64,000 nt of DNA, taken from NCBI RefSeq assembly GCF_964204645.1, contig NC_134025.1, positions 6,324,001 through 6,388,000 of the forward strand, in the 5' to 3' direction. This stretch comes from Tubulanus polymorphus (Eukaryota > Animalia > Nemertea). The notes beneath the pieces were generated by a model. It was not told the DNA's origin. It worked only from the letters and a program-made list of their open reading frames with translations, and ran no database searches. Both the position numbers and the translations under genes were made by a program. Positions 12,428 through 23,302 of the stretch are shown here, in pieces. The stretch's first letter is position 1; each line of letters starts with the position of its first letter.

Positions 12428-14751
12428 TAGTTTATCACAATCTGTTGAGTGTATGCAGAGTTCTGACCCACCATTTTGCTGACTTGATTTGAAGAGAATT
12501 CTTTTGAAACCGGACGAAAAATGATATAACTGATAAATCACTACAAATTAATGCAATAAATCGATATAAAACTCACCACTTCTGACTAGTGTTTGATTTG
12601 TAGAACGCAATGTTTAGGTTTAGCTTCATTTTGATCCCTAAAGTACAAAAGTTGTATCATTTAGACTTGATAATTCTAACTTTGACCAGGAAAAAAGTAA
12701 TTGAAAATTCACCTTATCTGTAATTCCATGGTGTTTAATTCTGGTGGAATGATTTCAAGTTCTTGACTGTTTCTAGCTCAGAAGTTATTCGATCTATGTG
12801 TTGAACTGGATGGTCATAAAAGACAAAGCTTTATAACAGGAAATGACTTCATACATTTACAACAGTCAAACAGCAGCAAGTTTTATAGAGACTGGAATCT
12901 GCAGAGATATTTACCGGTGCTTGTTTCGAGGATCTAAAGCAATGTCTATCATTTTTCAAATCTTCAGTGAATTCCTACTATTTAATGTTCACAGATTCTG
13001 TCAAGGGATCCACTAATTTCGGCTCCTAAAATATCAATGTATAAATGTTAGAAATCTGAGAAAACATTGATCTGAAACCAAAAGAATTTTCCTGACTTGA
13101 TCTAAAAATATATCTATTTAAACCAACAAAAAATGATAAATTAAGTTTATAACAAATAAATAACAACAAATTACACCAATAAATCGATATAAACTCACCA
13201 CTACTCCAATGTTTCTAGCTCAGAAGTCATTCATTCTATGTATCGAACTGAATGGGCACAAAAGAAAAACTTTTTATCAGGAATTTACATCATATATTTA
13301 GAGTCAAACAGCAGCAAGATTTATAGAGACTGGAATCTGCAGAGATGTTTACCGGTACCTGTTTTGAGGATCTAAAGGGATGTCCATCATTTACAAATGT
13401 TCTGTGAAATCACAATACTGTTCACAGATTCTGTCAAAGGCTCCGCTTATTTTTACTCCTGAAATACAAATGTATAAATGCTATAAATTGTCAGTAAGGT
13501 TGTTATGAAATAAGAGCAGTTTCAAATTGAATCTCACAGTTTTAATCCCACTTGTTTGAAGAATTATCAGCTACGTGTGAGGAGGATCATTCATGGTTAA
13601 CTTTGAACCAGGTTTTTTGCGCTGTAGATTCTGGTGCTGTGTGGATTTTATTCTGTAAAGAGAAATTGATAAGCGAAATTAAGAAACATTACATATGTGT
13701 CTGCTTTTCTGAAAATAACTATTTTTCTTACCTGTTTTGATTATAGTAGCATATTGTCCACGATATTTCCAGAGGAAATTTTAATAGATGATGTAGCAGC
13801 AGCAGCAGCACTTCTTATTAAGCTTTTGAGAGAATGACACATAGAAATACTGTATAGAATAATATTTTGCACATGATATTATCAAATCTGAGCACAGTGG
13901 AGTGATGAAAAACTCACCGGATTATCGGATTAGTTTAGTGCCTTTTGACCATGCAGGCTATTTCCATTTCTAGCAGGATTTCACTCCCCGGAGCCTTAAT
14001 GTCATGAAGATAAGAGCACTAATGATATCCTGAAAAAATAAAGACATAGATAATTGAACCATACAGTTGTAAACAAGGAAGAACCAGGTCGAATCATGTA
14101 GAGAAAATTACTTACATACAATACCACAAATTATTGCAATAAATCGAAAACTCTCTACTTCTGACTTGTTTGATTTGTAGAACGCAATGTTTACTGTTTG
14201 CAGATTTCCGGAGGTTCAGCTTTATTTTGGCACCTGAAATACAAATGTTGTAGAGAAGCATACATTACAGAAGTTGTTATGAAATAAGAGCAGTTTCAAA
14301 CCATATCTCACCATTTTCCTCAATGCTTTTAAGCTAACGGTATTTGAGGTCGGCTGTTCGGCGTTTAAACCTCCATGGCTCTATCCACTGAAAATCTATA
14401 TGAAAAACATAAGACGTCAATAATTTCAATTTCATTCAGGGTTAAAATGACTGAAAACTCGCCTCAAACTGCTGTGATATGGAAAGTAAACAGAAAGATA
14501 ATGAATACCGATATATTTCCTAACACGTTTTACCGCTGCCGGTGCTGTGTGTTTCTGAAATAAGAGTAAAAAACAGCAGATGAGATTAAAACAGCAGTTT
14601 TTAGTTCGAAAAATAATGCAGATTGTCGACAGAGACTGAAGAATTCTGTAGAGAAATTTATTATAGCTTTAAACTTAACTTTTAGTAGATTCTAATGCGT
14701 TTATTTCATTCTGAAAAGAAAAAAGAAACAATAATCAATGACAAGTAATTT

Positions 14752-15023
14752 CTCAAAGTTTTCAATCAATCAGAAATTGGCCCCTAGTGTCAATTACACA
14801 ACTATTATCAATTATGTTCCTTCATCACAATCAGATGTGTTCACAATTTCTCTAGATTATACAGCTGTAGATATCGAACTGATGTACATGTAACATTGTG
14901 TGCAGATACGGAGTACAGATCACTGCATTACTTCATCCTGTGATTGAACAGTGAATTGTTCTCTCATCTTCACAATTCTCATCCGTCTAACTAAAACATT
15001 GTAACACTTCAACTCACCTAACC
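14752..15023 (+). repeat. Left ~270-bp inverted repeat (partner at 25528-25800)
   Basis: gtcaattacacaact...cttcaactcacctaacc is the reverse complement of ggttagatgagttgaag...agttgtgtaattgac, with scattered mismatches. Confidence 0.85.
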
Positions 15024-15490
15024 TCCCGTCCCGACCCTCCCAGACCCATCCCTCCCGCCCTCTCTCACCCCTTCCCTCCCGCCCTCCCAGACCCCTTCCC
15101 TCCCGCCCTCCCAGACCCCTTCCCTCCCGCCCTCCCAGATCCCTTCCCCCCGCCCTCCCAGACCCCATCCCTCCCTCCCTCCCTCACCCCTTCCCTCCCA
15201 GATTCCTTCCCTCCCGCCCTCCCAGACCCCTTCCCTCCCGCCCTCCCTCACCCCTTCCCTCCCGCCCTCCCTCACCCCTTCCCTCCCGCCCTCCCAGACC
15301 CCTTCCCTCCCGCCCTCCTACACCCCATCCCTCCCACCCTCCCAGACCCCTTCCCTCCCGCCCTCCCAGATCCCTTCCGCCCTCCCAGATCCCTTCCCTC
15401 CCGCCCTCCAAGACCCCTTCCCCACCCAATGCCCCCCCACCTAGCCCTCCCCCAATGCCCACCCACCTAGCCCTCCCTCAATGCCCTCCC
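15024..15490. repeat. C-rich 24-bp minisatellite (ccctcccagaccccttccctcccg)n
   Basis: Direct tandem units; source of the spurious EGGREGVW ORFs. Confidence 0.9.
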
Positions 15491-16395
15491 ATCGAGCCTC
15501 CTCAACACTTCCGTCTCTTCCTATGACATCACTCATCTCTACAATACCTCAAAAATGATTTGCCATTTTTCACGATCATATCAATTGAAGTAAAAAATCG
15601 ATATCCTTAATCGCTTGCATCATTCACAAGACTAAAGAGATGGAAGAATTCAAATGATCAAATACCGAGTTCACAAACTACTATCATTTATATACACTTT
15701 TATAGACACTTTTATCATTTGAGGAATTTATTCAAATTAATCCTTTCTTTTTTTCCTAGCCGTCCAATTAGTAATTATGTGTGCATAATCCGGTTCGAAT
15801 CAATGTAAGTTTCACAGCATGTTGCTGTCAATAGATTTCATTTATCAAATCGAGCAAGTTTCTTTAAATCATCAAACCAAACCTAAGAAACTGAACTAAC
15901 ATTGTTGCAAGGAGGGAGGTATGGAGGGTTCACTAGACCAGAACCAGACCAAACTTTAACACTGACAATGTTGTGAGGAGGGCATACACAAACCAAGGAC
16001 AAGAATGATGGTTGATTCGGAATAGATCAAAAACAACCAACCTAATTATGTTGCTTCACAAATTGTGCACATGTAATCATTTTCACTATGAAACCATCGT
16101 GGACCAATGACAGTTGATAGTCAGATTAGATTTTTCTTTACTCTGTACTACTGCTACTACTACTAGAGGCTTTATATATGAGCAAGTTGTTTTATGGAAT
16201 CCTTATCTTAAGATTTATTAATCAATGCTTATCAACTGCTGATGTCTATATGCTATAAAATATATAAACAATATGTTTCATTGTCTCTTCAAGTTACACT
16301 TGAACCCAGTGGAACGAATTAAACTCCAGCCATATTTCATCATTTGTCATTTGACATTTTTCCTTTTTTCTTTTTCACTCTTTTTTTTTCAGAAT

Positions 16396-16592
16396 TTTTT
16401 TGAGTCGAGGTAGGAATAGACCCCTGTCCGCCCTCTAAGCGTGCAGGACACTAAACCTTCGAATTGCTCTCAGACCCCACTCTTTATATTGTTCTCTGAG
16501 TTTTTGAGTCGAGGTAGGAATAGACCCCTGCCTGCCATCTAGGCCAGCAGAACACTAAACCTTCGAATTGCTCTCAGACTCCACTCTTTATA
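16396..16592. repeat. 104-bp tandem duplication (ttttgagtcgaggtaggaatagacccctg...ccactctttatat)
   Basis: Two near-identical copies; the shared gagtcgagg lies at 16402 and 16506. Confidence 0.85.
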
Positions 16593-16840
16593 TCAGCATT
16601 TTATGCTGTTTTTCATTCACTTCATATTTTTCTCTTCATATTCTTTTTATTGGCTTTTCTTGTCTTTTAACTGGCACTCATCAGTTCCAACTGGGATCAA
16701 ATTTATATGTCAAATTTATATGTCTTGTAGAGACAAGCAGCAATCAATGACAGTAACATGTCTGTTGATTTAGAGAATCCCATACAGCTGCCAATAAAAC
16801 CAGTAGTAGCAGCAGCACTAATATACAATATCTGTATACA

Positions 16841-17700
16841 GGCCCTGGTTTGCTGACCACAGAGTCAAAGTTTGGTGCACAGCCCTGGTTTTGAGACCAC
16901 GGACTCAAAATTACGTTCGTGACCCTGGTTTGGTGACCAGAATGAACATTTGGTTCACGGCCGCATTTGGTGACCTGAGTAAACATTTGGTTCACCGCAC
17001 TGGTTTGGTGACCGAAGAGTCAACTTTGGTTCATAGCCCTGGTTTGGTTACCGGAGTCAACGTTTGGTTCATGGCCCTGGTTTGGTGACCAAAGGCTCAA
17101 GGGTTGGTTCACAGCCCTAGTTTGGTGACCAGAGTCAACTTTTAGTTCACGGCCCTGGTTTGGTGACCAGAGTCAACGTTTGGTTCACAACCCTGGTTTG
17201 GTGACCAAAGATTCAAGGTTTGGTTCACGGCACTGGTTTGATGATTGTAGGGTCAAAGTTTGGTTCAAAGATTCAAGGTTTGGTTTGCGGTCCTGGTTTG
17301 GTGACCAACGAGTCAGCATTTGGTTCACGGCCCTGGTTAGGTGACCACAGATTCAAGGTTTGGTTTGCGGCCCTGGTTTGCAAACCAAAGATTCAAAGTT
17401 TGGTTCACGGCACTGGTTTGATGATTGCAGGGTCAAAGTTTGGTTCAAAGATTCGAAGTTTGGTTTGCGGTCCTGGTTTGGTGACCAACGAGTCAGCATT
17501 TGGTTCACGGCCCTGGTTAGGTGACCACAGATTCAAGATTGGTTTGCGGCCCTGGTTTGCTGACCAAAGAGTCAAAGTTTGGTTCACAGCCCTGGTTTTG
17601 TGACCAAAGAGTCAAAATTTGTTTCACAGCCCTGGTTTTGTGACCAAAGAGTCAAAATTTGGTTCACGACCCTGGTTTGGTGACCTGAGTAAACATTTGG
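16841..17700. repeat. ~40-bp minisatellite (ggccctggtttggtgaccagagtcaaagtttggttcac)n with a 180-bp higher-order duplication
   Basis: About 20 imperfect units; lines 17221-17340 and 17401-17520 are nearly identical. Confidence 0.9.
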
Positions 17701-18733
17701 TTTCAATGCGCATGCGTCGCGATCATATTATTGATTAATTGGCCACTGGACCTACGATCGTGGCAGATGCAGCACCTGAAGCCATGTCGTTGTTGCTAGT
17801 GTGCAGGAAAATTTTTCGGCGTCAATGTCACTGATAAATTGCCATGGCATCGTTTTTGCAGCGTAGTTGTTGCTTTGACACTAGTGTGCGGCCCGCTTTA
17901 AGATTATACCCTATCATGGGTTCACAATCTGTACTAATTAGTTATGTCAAAAATAAGTCAGGAATCAAAGAGCTACTTCATATAAGCTGACAAATTAAAG
18001 CGCTGATAAAATTTCAAATACTTAAACTGCGGAGGATGAAATTACTTTCATATAAACTGAGATGATCGTGAAAAATGGCATAATAACTGTCACAACGAGA
18101 AATAAAACTAACCACGAGAAATAAAACTAACCATTGAAAAAACACGTAGAGAATCCCACAATAATAACGAAAAAATAATATCAAGTCTGAAAATGATTCC
18201 TTGAGCTTGTGCAGTTTATTCTGCGTTCTGACCATATTCTCTAATATTCATCTTCACCAATGAGAAATAGAGCTGCAAAGCAGCGATGAACGGTTTTCTG
18301 CATTAATGATTCCGCCATCTCCAACAACTTGGAAGCAATTAGATCTGTATTGGTTTTAGTTTAGTAGTTATTGCTAGTTTGCTTATTGATAATAGCTCAT
18401 TCGTCCACTAGCGCCACCTCCGTGTATATTTCTATCATTTACTGCATGATTATCACAAAAATATTATACCCAGTATAAAACCATGCTATCAGAGGGTCAG
18501 TGTCCTACAGCCCATTTAGGAACATGACAGGAACACAATGCCATCCAAACATAGAGTGCCACCCGCATTCTGAAAGACAGCGATTTGCATTCAAACCGCC
18601 TTTGACGAGGCGGTACAAGCAGTCGGTCCTATAGCCCCCCCCCAGACACCCTTCACAGCCTGATATCCATTCAGAAACAATTCCTTAAATATATTCCTGG
18701 CTAAGATTTTTTGCCTTTGGTGGTGCTGATAGT

Positions 18734-19551
18734 AACAAGAGCCCCAAGGGGCACAATGGCCAGCCTGTCAGATTTGCTTTTTATAAATGATGTAATCTGT
18801 GGGTTATATTTATCAATATACACTCCCTGCTCAATATCATTTACATAGTAAAATCGTGTGTTAACACAGACAGCAGGAACGAATGTAATATAGAAATACT
18901 AAGTTATTGTATTGTTCAACGCCCCCTGGTGGCCATAAAAAAAACCAATGAGCTTGAAACTCACCTCGATCATAGAACATGTCATGAGCTACAACTTTCC
19001 AATTGATTATAGTAGCAAAATATGCTTAAGTATCAATTATGATGTGGAAAAGCAAATTTTTTTCCACCTACGAATGAGTACTGATGACCCCAAGATGGCT
19101 GCCAAGTGCGTCATAATTGCCTGGTCAAAATTCCCTCTCGGATATAAAAGATCCCTTTCCAAAGAATACCCATTACAAATTGCAATGAAACATGGCGCAC
19201 CATTAGAAAGCTAAAGTACTCAGAATTCAGGCCAAAATTGACATTTTTGGGAACAAAAAAGGTCACAGTACGGCCATCTTGAGTCCGATCGACTCATTTT
19301 TTCTCATGCCGATGGGCCCTCGGGGGATACAAATATATACGAATGATCAAGGTTATTGATAAAAGTGTCTTCAAAATTTCCCTCGAAAACTTCAAAAATG
19401 TGTAAAAAGTGCTGATTTTGGCGAACAACAATGGCTGCCAGTCGGCCATCTTGAATCTGACAGGGCCAGTTTTTGGCCTGAAGATGTGTCTAGTGTAGAA
19501 CCACGTATAAAACAAATATCAAGACATTACCTTGAAGCGTCTTCAAAACTT
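18734..19551 (-). mobile_element. Truncated DINE-1/HINE-like (non-autonomous Helentron) element
   Basis: Begins aacaagagccccaaggggc (terminal hairpin). 18895-19551 is highly similar to 22545-23190 of the complete copy. Confidence 0.7.
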
Positions 19552-19665
19552 TGGAACTCTCACGAACTATCTAGATGGTTATCTCTCGACCTCAATAGCT
19601 TCAAGACCCATCTCAAAACAACTTTGTTCCATGCAGCATACCATTAACTCTCGGAAAGCGAATTG
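19552..19665 (+). mobile_element. 3' end fragment of an L2/CR1-type LINE
   Basis: Reads WNS...DLNSFKTHLKTTLFHAAYH*, matching the typical WNSLP...FK..LKT.LF ORF2 C-terminus. Confidence 0.55.
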
Positions 19666-19709
19666 TATTTAACATTTTTTGGCAGAATAAAATTTGATTG
19701 AATTTGCAA

Positions 19710-20980
19710 TTCGGGCACATGGCTAATTAGCATATCAAGGTCACACACCCGATTTGGTAAAACCTTTTTTTCGCGAACCATGCGCAATTGTCAAGGATGA
19801 ATTTTCTGTAGAGCAAATAAAAATTCCTCCCAAACACCAAATCAACTAAAGATTTCATAGAAATCGATCTTGAAATACAATTTTAAATCTTAAAATAAAA
19901 CCCGGAAGTAAAACAGTAGACGATACCGCGGATTCACGTGAACACCTGATTTCTGTAAACGAAATGTTGGTTGAGACAAAATTGTTCAGACGGTTTTAGG
20001 TGGTAATAAGTACGGAAACGTAACGACCATGGTCGACTTATTCGATGAAATCAGGCCTATGTGATATCCAAATTTTGACTTTATTATTCTCCAGACCTCC
20101 CTGATATAGAAATAAAAAATTTTGGTGGTACGAAAGTGCAATCACAGCGCCGACGGGGACAGAGCCGTGTCAGAGATCGGCGGAGTGAAAATTAAGGTGG
20201 ACGAACACGAAGAAGTAGGCTATTGCGCTACTTGAATCACGAAAACTCCTGGCGCGGCCCTGACGCTTTTCGTTGATTAAGTAATACAAATATCATGCAA
20301 TGGGTTTTCACAATCTACCGCTGGTATTTACCGGATTTCAATATCACTCCAAAATTCAAAGAAACCTCGAAATATCGAACCGGAACACTTCCGGTAGATA
20401 TCCGCGGCTGCCCAACAGGGAAACTTATTTGTTTCAATAGATATTGATAGGATCCATCATCTTCACCCGTCAAGGGATTCGAACCCACTAAGCTAAAGCC
20501 ATCGAATCGGGTCGGGCCAATCACAGCGCTTGTTACAAACCACATTAGGCTTCTGTGGAATTTCCCAGTAAATGGGCCAATCAGCGAACACGTAGCGAAC
20601 GCGGAAGTATTGTCGCGTGTTGATACATGACGTCATGCGCAAAAGCGCCAGTAATGAAATCGCGATAATTCACGTGAACAGCTGCTGATATTTTCAGATA
20701 AACCAATCACAGGGAAGACACAACTTCCTGATTGGCTGATAAAAATTGAAATTTTCCCGATTTAACTTTCGTGAAAAATGCAGAAAACATTTTTATGAGA
20801 CCCTATTTCAAAATTCTGCTCGCTACGATTCCGAGAATGGATTACGCTTAAATACGTGATTTGTTCGAATATGCCCTCACTTGGCAAGCAAAAGAGCCTT
20901 TTGTGTGGAAACCATGTCATTTAAATTCGCTCCATTTGTATAGTAATAGGCTCAGCCTACGGCTGGCCTAATAATAATAA
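19710..20980. mobile_element. Probable non-autonomous element, CpG-rich and dense in promoter motifs, ending in a hairpin plus (TAA)n
   Basis: Ends taggctcagcctacggctggccta-ataataataa; the interior is CpG-rich compared with the flanks. Confidence 0.4.
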
Positions 20981-21924
20981 TATAATCGCAATATTGGGAT
21001 CAACGTTTAATGGCTATCACATTATTGATACCACTGTTTGATGTGCCGTAAAAAAAATGTATATTGAGGTGGCGCTAGAGAATGGATTGAAAAAAAATGT
21101 TCAAGTGGCAATGAGCATTTGGCAACAAGCAATTGGCAATTTGCAACTAGCAACTGGCATGTCCCTTTAGCGCTTCCATAGAAGTGGTCGGCTGATACCA
21201 ACGCGCGCGCTAGTGGACTAGCGAATTGTATGAAGTCTACAAATTTGAATTGTTTCAATTCGAGGCGGAGCGATAAATCTTTACGATAATTGTTCAGGGC
21301 TCGACAGCGCTTTCCTTTCAGGGATTTATCAAAAAACAGCCGCAGCATTTGTAGATCAAAGTGATCTTAAGGAACCTGATGATTTTTTCGGAATCATATT
21401 TTTCAAAAGGAAAATTTCATGGGCTCGAAAGCCCGCACGTAAACTAGGAACCAATAAATCTTTATTGGAATGCATCGTTATCAACACATATGAATATCTA
21501 TTACACTCCAACCATTTGCACGCAATATTGAGTAAAAACAGTATTTACAATTAGTTATAACGCAATTACCTTCAAATGGAGTTAATGAAAAAAATTGACG
21601 CGTTTCCTACAGGTAAATCCCAAAGATCTTAAATAATTCTAATCACAGAAATAATTCTAGATCCGTAACTAAGATGTATAAATGTGCTTCCAGTATGTGA
21701 GTGGACCCCTAGGTGGCGCTCCTTAAAAGAGCCGTTCATTTTTATGAACTGATTTTGACGAAACATTTGTACGCCTCTAAGTACGAAATTTAATCCAACA
21801 AGGCTGAAACCCGTTATCGCTGCTTTGCAACTATATTCTTAAATCCGTAAGTAAGATGTATAAATGTGCTTTATCAAAATGAACTACTCACTCAAAGTAG
21901 TGGGAAACTGTGGAAAACTCAAGT

Positions 21925-23302
21925 AACTAGGGGTCCAGGGACACCATGCCCACTTGGGAAGTGGTTTCAAATGCTCAACAATCTAACAATTTCAATATTC
22001 AACGTCCCCTGGTGACCATTTACAAAAACCAATGACCTTAAAACTCACCACAACATGTCAGCAGCTACGATTTTGTAATTGATTGTGATAACAAAATATG
22101 CCTCGTTACCAATTTAATATGGAAATACTAAGTCATTCTACTATTCAACGCCCCCTGGTGACCATATTCAAAACCCAATGACCTCGAACCTCACCACAAT
22201 CATAGAACATGTCATGAACTACAACTTTGCAATTGATCATGGTAACAAAATATGCCTAGGTACCAATATAATAAGGAAATACTAAGTCATTCTACTATTC
22301 AACGCCCCCTGGTGACCATATTCAAAACCCAATGACCTTGAGACTCACCACAATCATAGAACATGTCATGAACTACAACTTTGCAATTGATCATGGTAAC
22401 AAAATATGCCTAGGTACCAATATAATAAGGAAATACTAAGTTATTCTACTATTCAACGCCCCCTGGTGACCATATAAAAAAAACTTATGTGCTTAAAACT
22501 CGCAACAATCATAGATGATGTCATGAGCTACAACAATATAATAAAGAAATGCTAAGATATTGTATTATTCAACGCCCCCTGGTGGCCATATACGAAATCC
22601 AATTACCTTGAAACTCACCAGAATCATAGAACGCGTTATGAGCTACAACTTTCTAATTGATTGTGGTAGCAAAATACGCTTAGGTATCAATATAATGTGG
22701 AAAAACTTTTTCCCACTTACGAATGAGTACTGGTTACACCAAGATGGCCGCCAATTGCGTCATAATTGGCTGATGAAAAATACCTGTCTCAGGTATAAAA
22801 CATCCCTTTCCAAAGAACACCCATCACAAATTGTAATGAGAAATGGCAAACCAGTAGGAAGCTACAGGACTCAGAATTCGGGCCAAAATTAACATTTTTG
22901 GGCACTAAAAACGTCATAGGACGGCCATCTTGAGTCCGACCGACCCAATTTTTGTTATGTTGATGGGCCCTGGGGGGATTCACATATATCCGAAAGATCA
23001 AGGTAATTGATCAAAGCGTCTTCAAAATTTCCCTCAAAAAGTTCAAAAATGTGTAAAAAGTGCTGATTTTGGCGAACAACAATGGCTGCCAGTCGGCCAT
23101 CTTGATTCTGACAGGGCCAGTTTTTGGGCTGAAGATGTGTCTAGGGTAGATACATGTGTAACCCAAATATCAAGACGTTACCTTGAAGCGTCTTCAAAAC
23201 TTCCCAAAATAACTGGATTCCGTCTACGGACGGACGGACGGACGACGGACGAAAAGTGAACGCAATAGCCCGCTGGGACTTAAGTCCCAAGTGGGCTAAA
23301 AA
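21925..23302 (-). mobile_element. Complete DINE-1/HINE-like (non-autonomous Helentron) element with internal ~154-bp tandem repeats
   Basis: Subterminal inverted repeats gcccacttggga (21948-21959) and tcccaagtgggc (23285-23296). Terminal hairpin tagcccgctgggact-taagtcccaagtgggcta. (GACG)n microsatellite at ~23227-23251. Five core units start at 21998, 22144, 22298, 22452 and 22568. A-rich ends. Confidence 0.8.

Noticed and set aside
13215-13295. Possible box C/D snoRNA (atgatg...ctga, minus strand), suggesting a snoRNA host gene
   Set aside because: Box C is imperfect, not conserved in the paralogous block at 12770-12860, and the segment straddles a splice acceptor.
11078-14710. Schistosome-style micro-exon gene encoding a secreted protein
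   Set aside because: Most exons are 60-300 nt, not symmetric, and no phase combination gave an open frame.
14920-15466. Gly/Arg/Glu-rich ORFs (also 25221-25510 and 35950-36225)
   Set aside because: Translations of C-rich mini- and microsatellites; no gene context.
16841-17700. Possible CRISPR-like array
   Set aside because: Contiguous tandem units without unique spacers, eukaryotic context, no cas genes.
20465-20500. Minus-strand GGTTCGAATCC (tRNA B-box)
   Set aside because: No convincing acceptor, D or anticodon arms could be folded around it.
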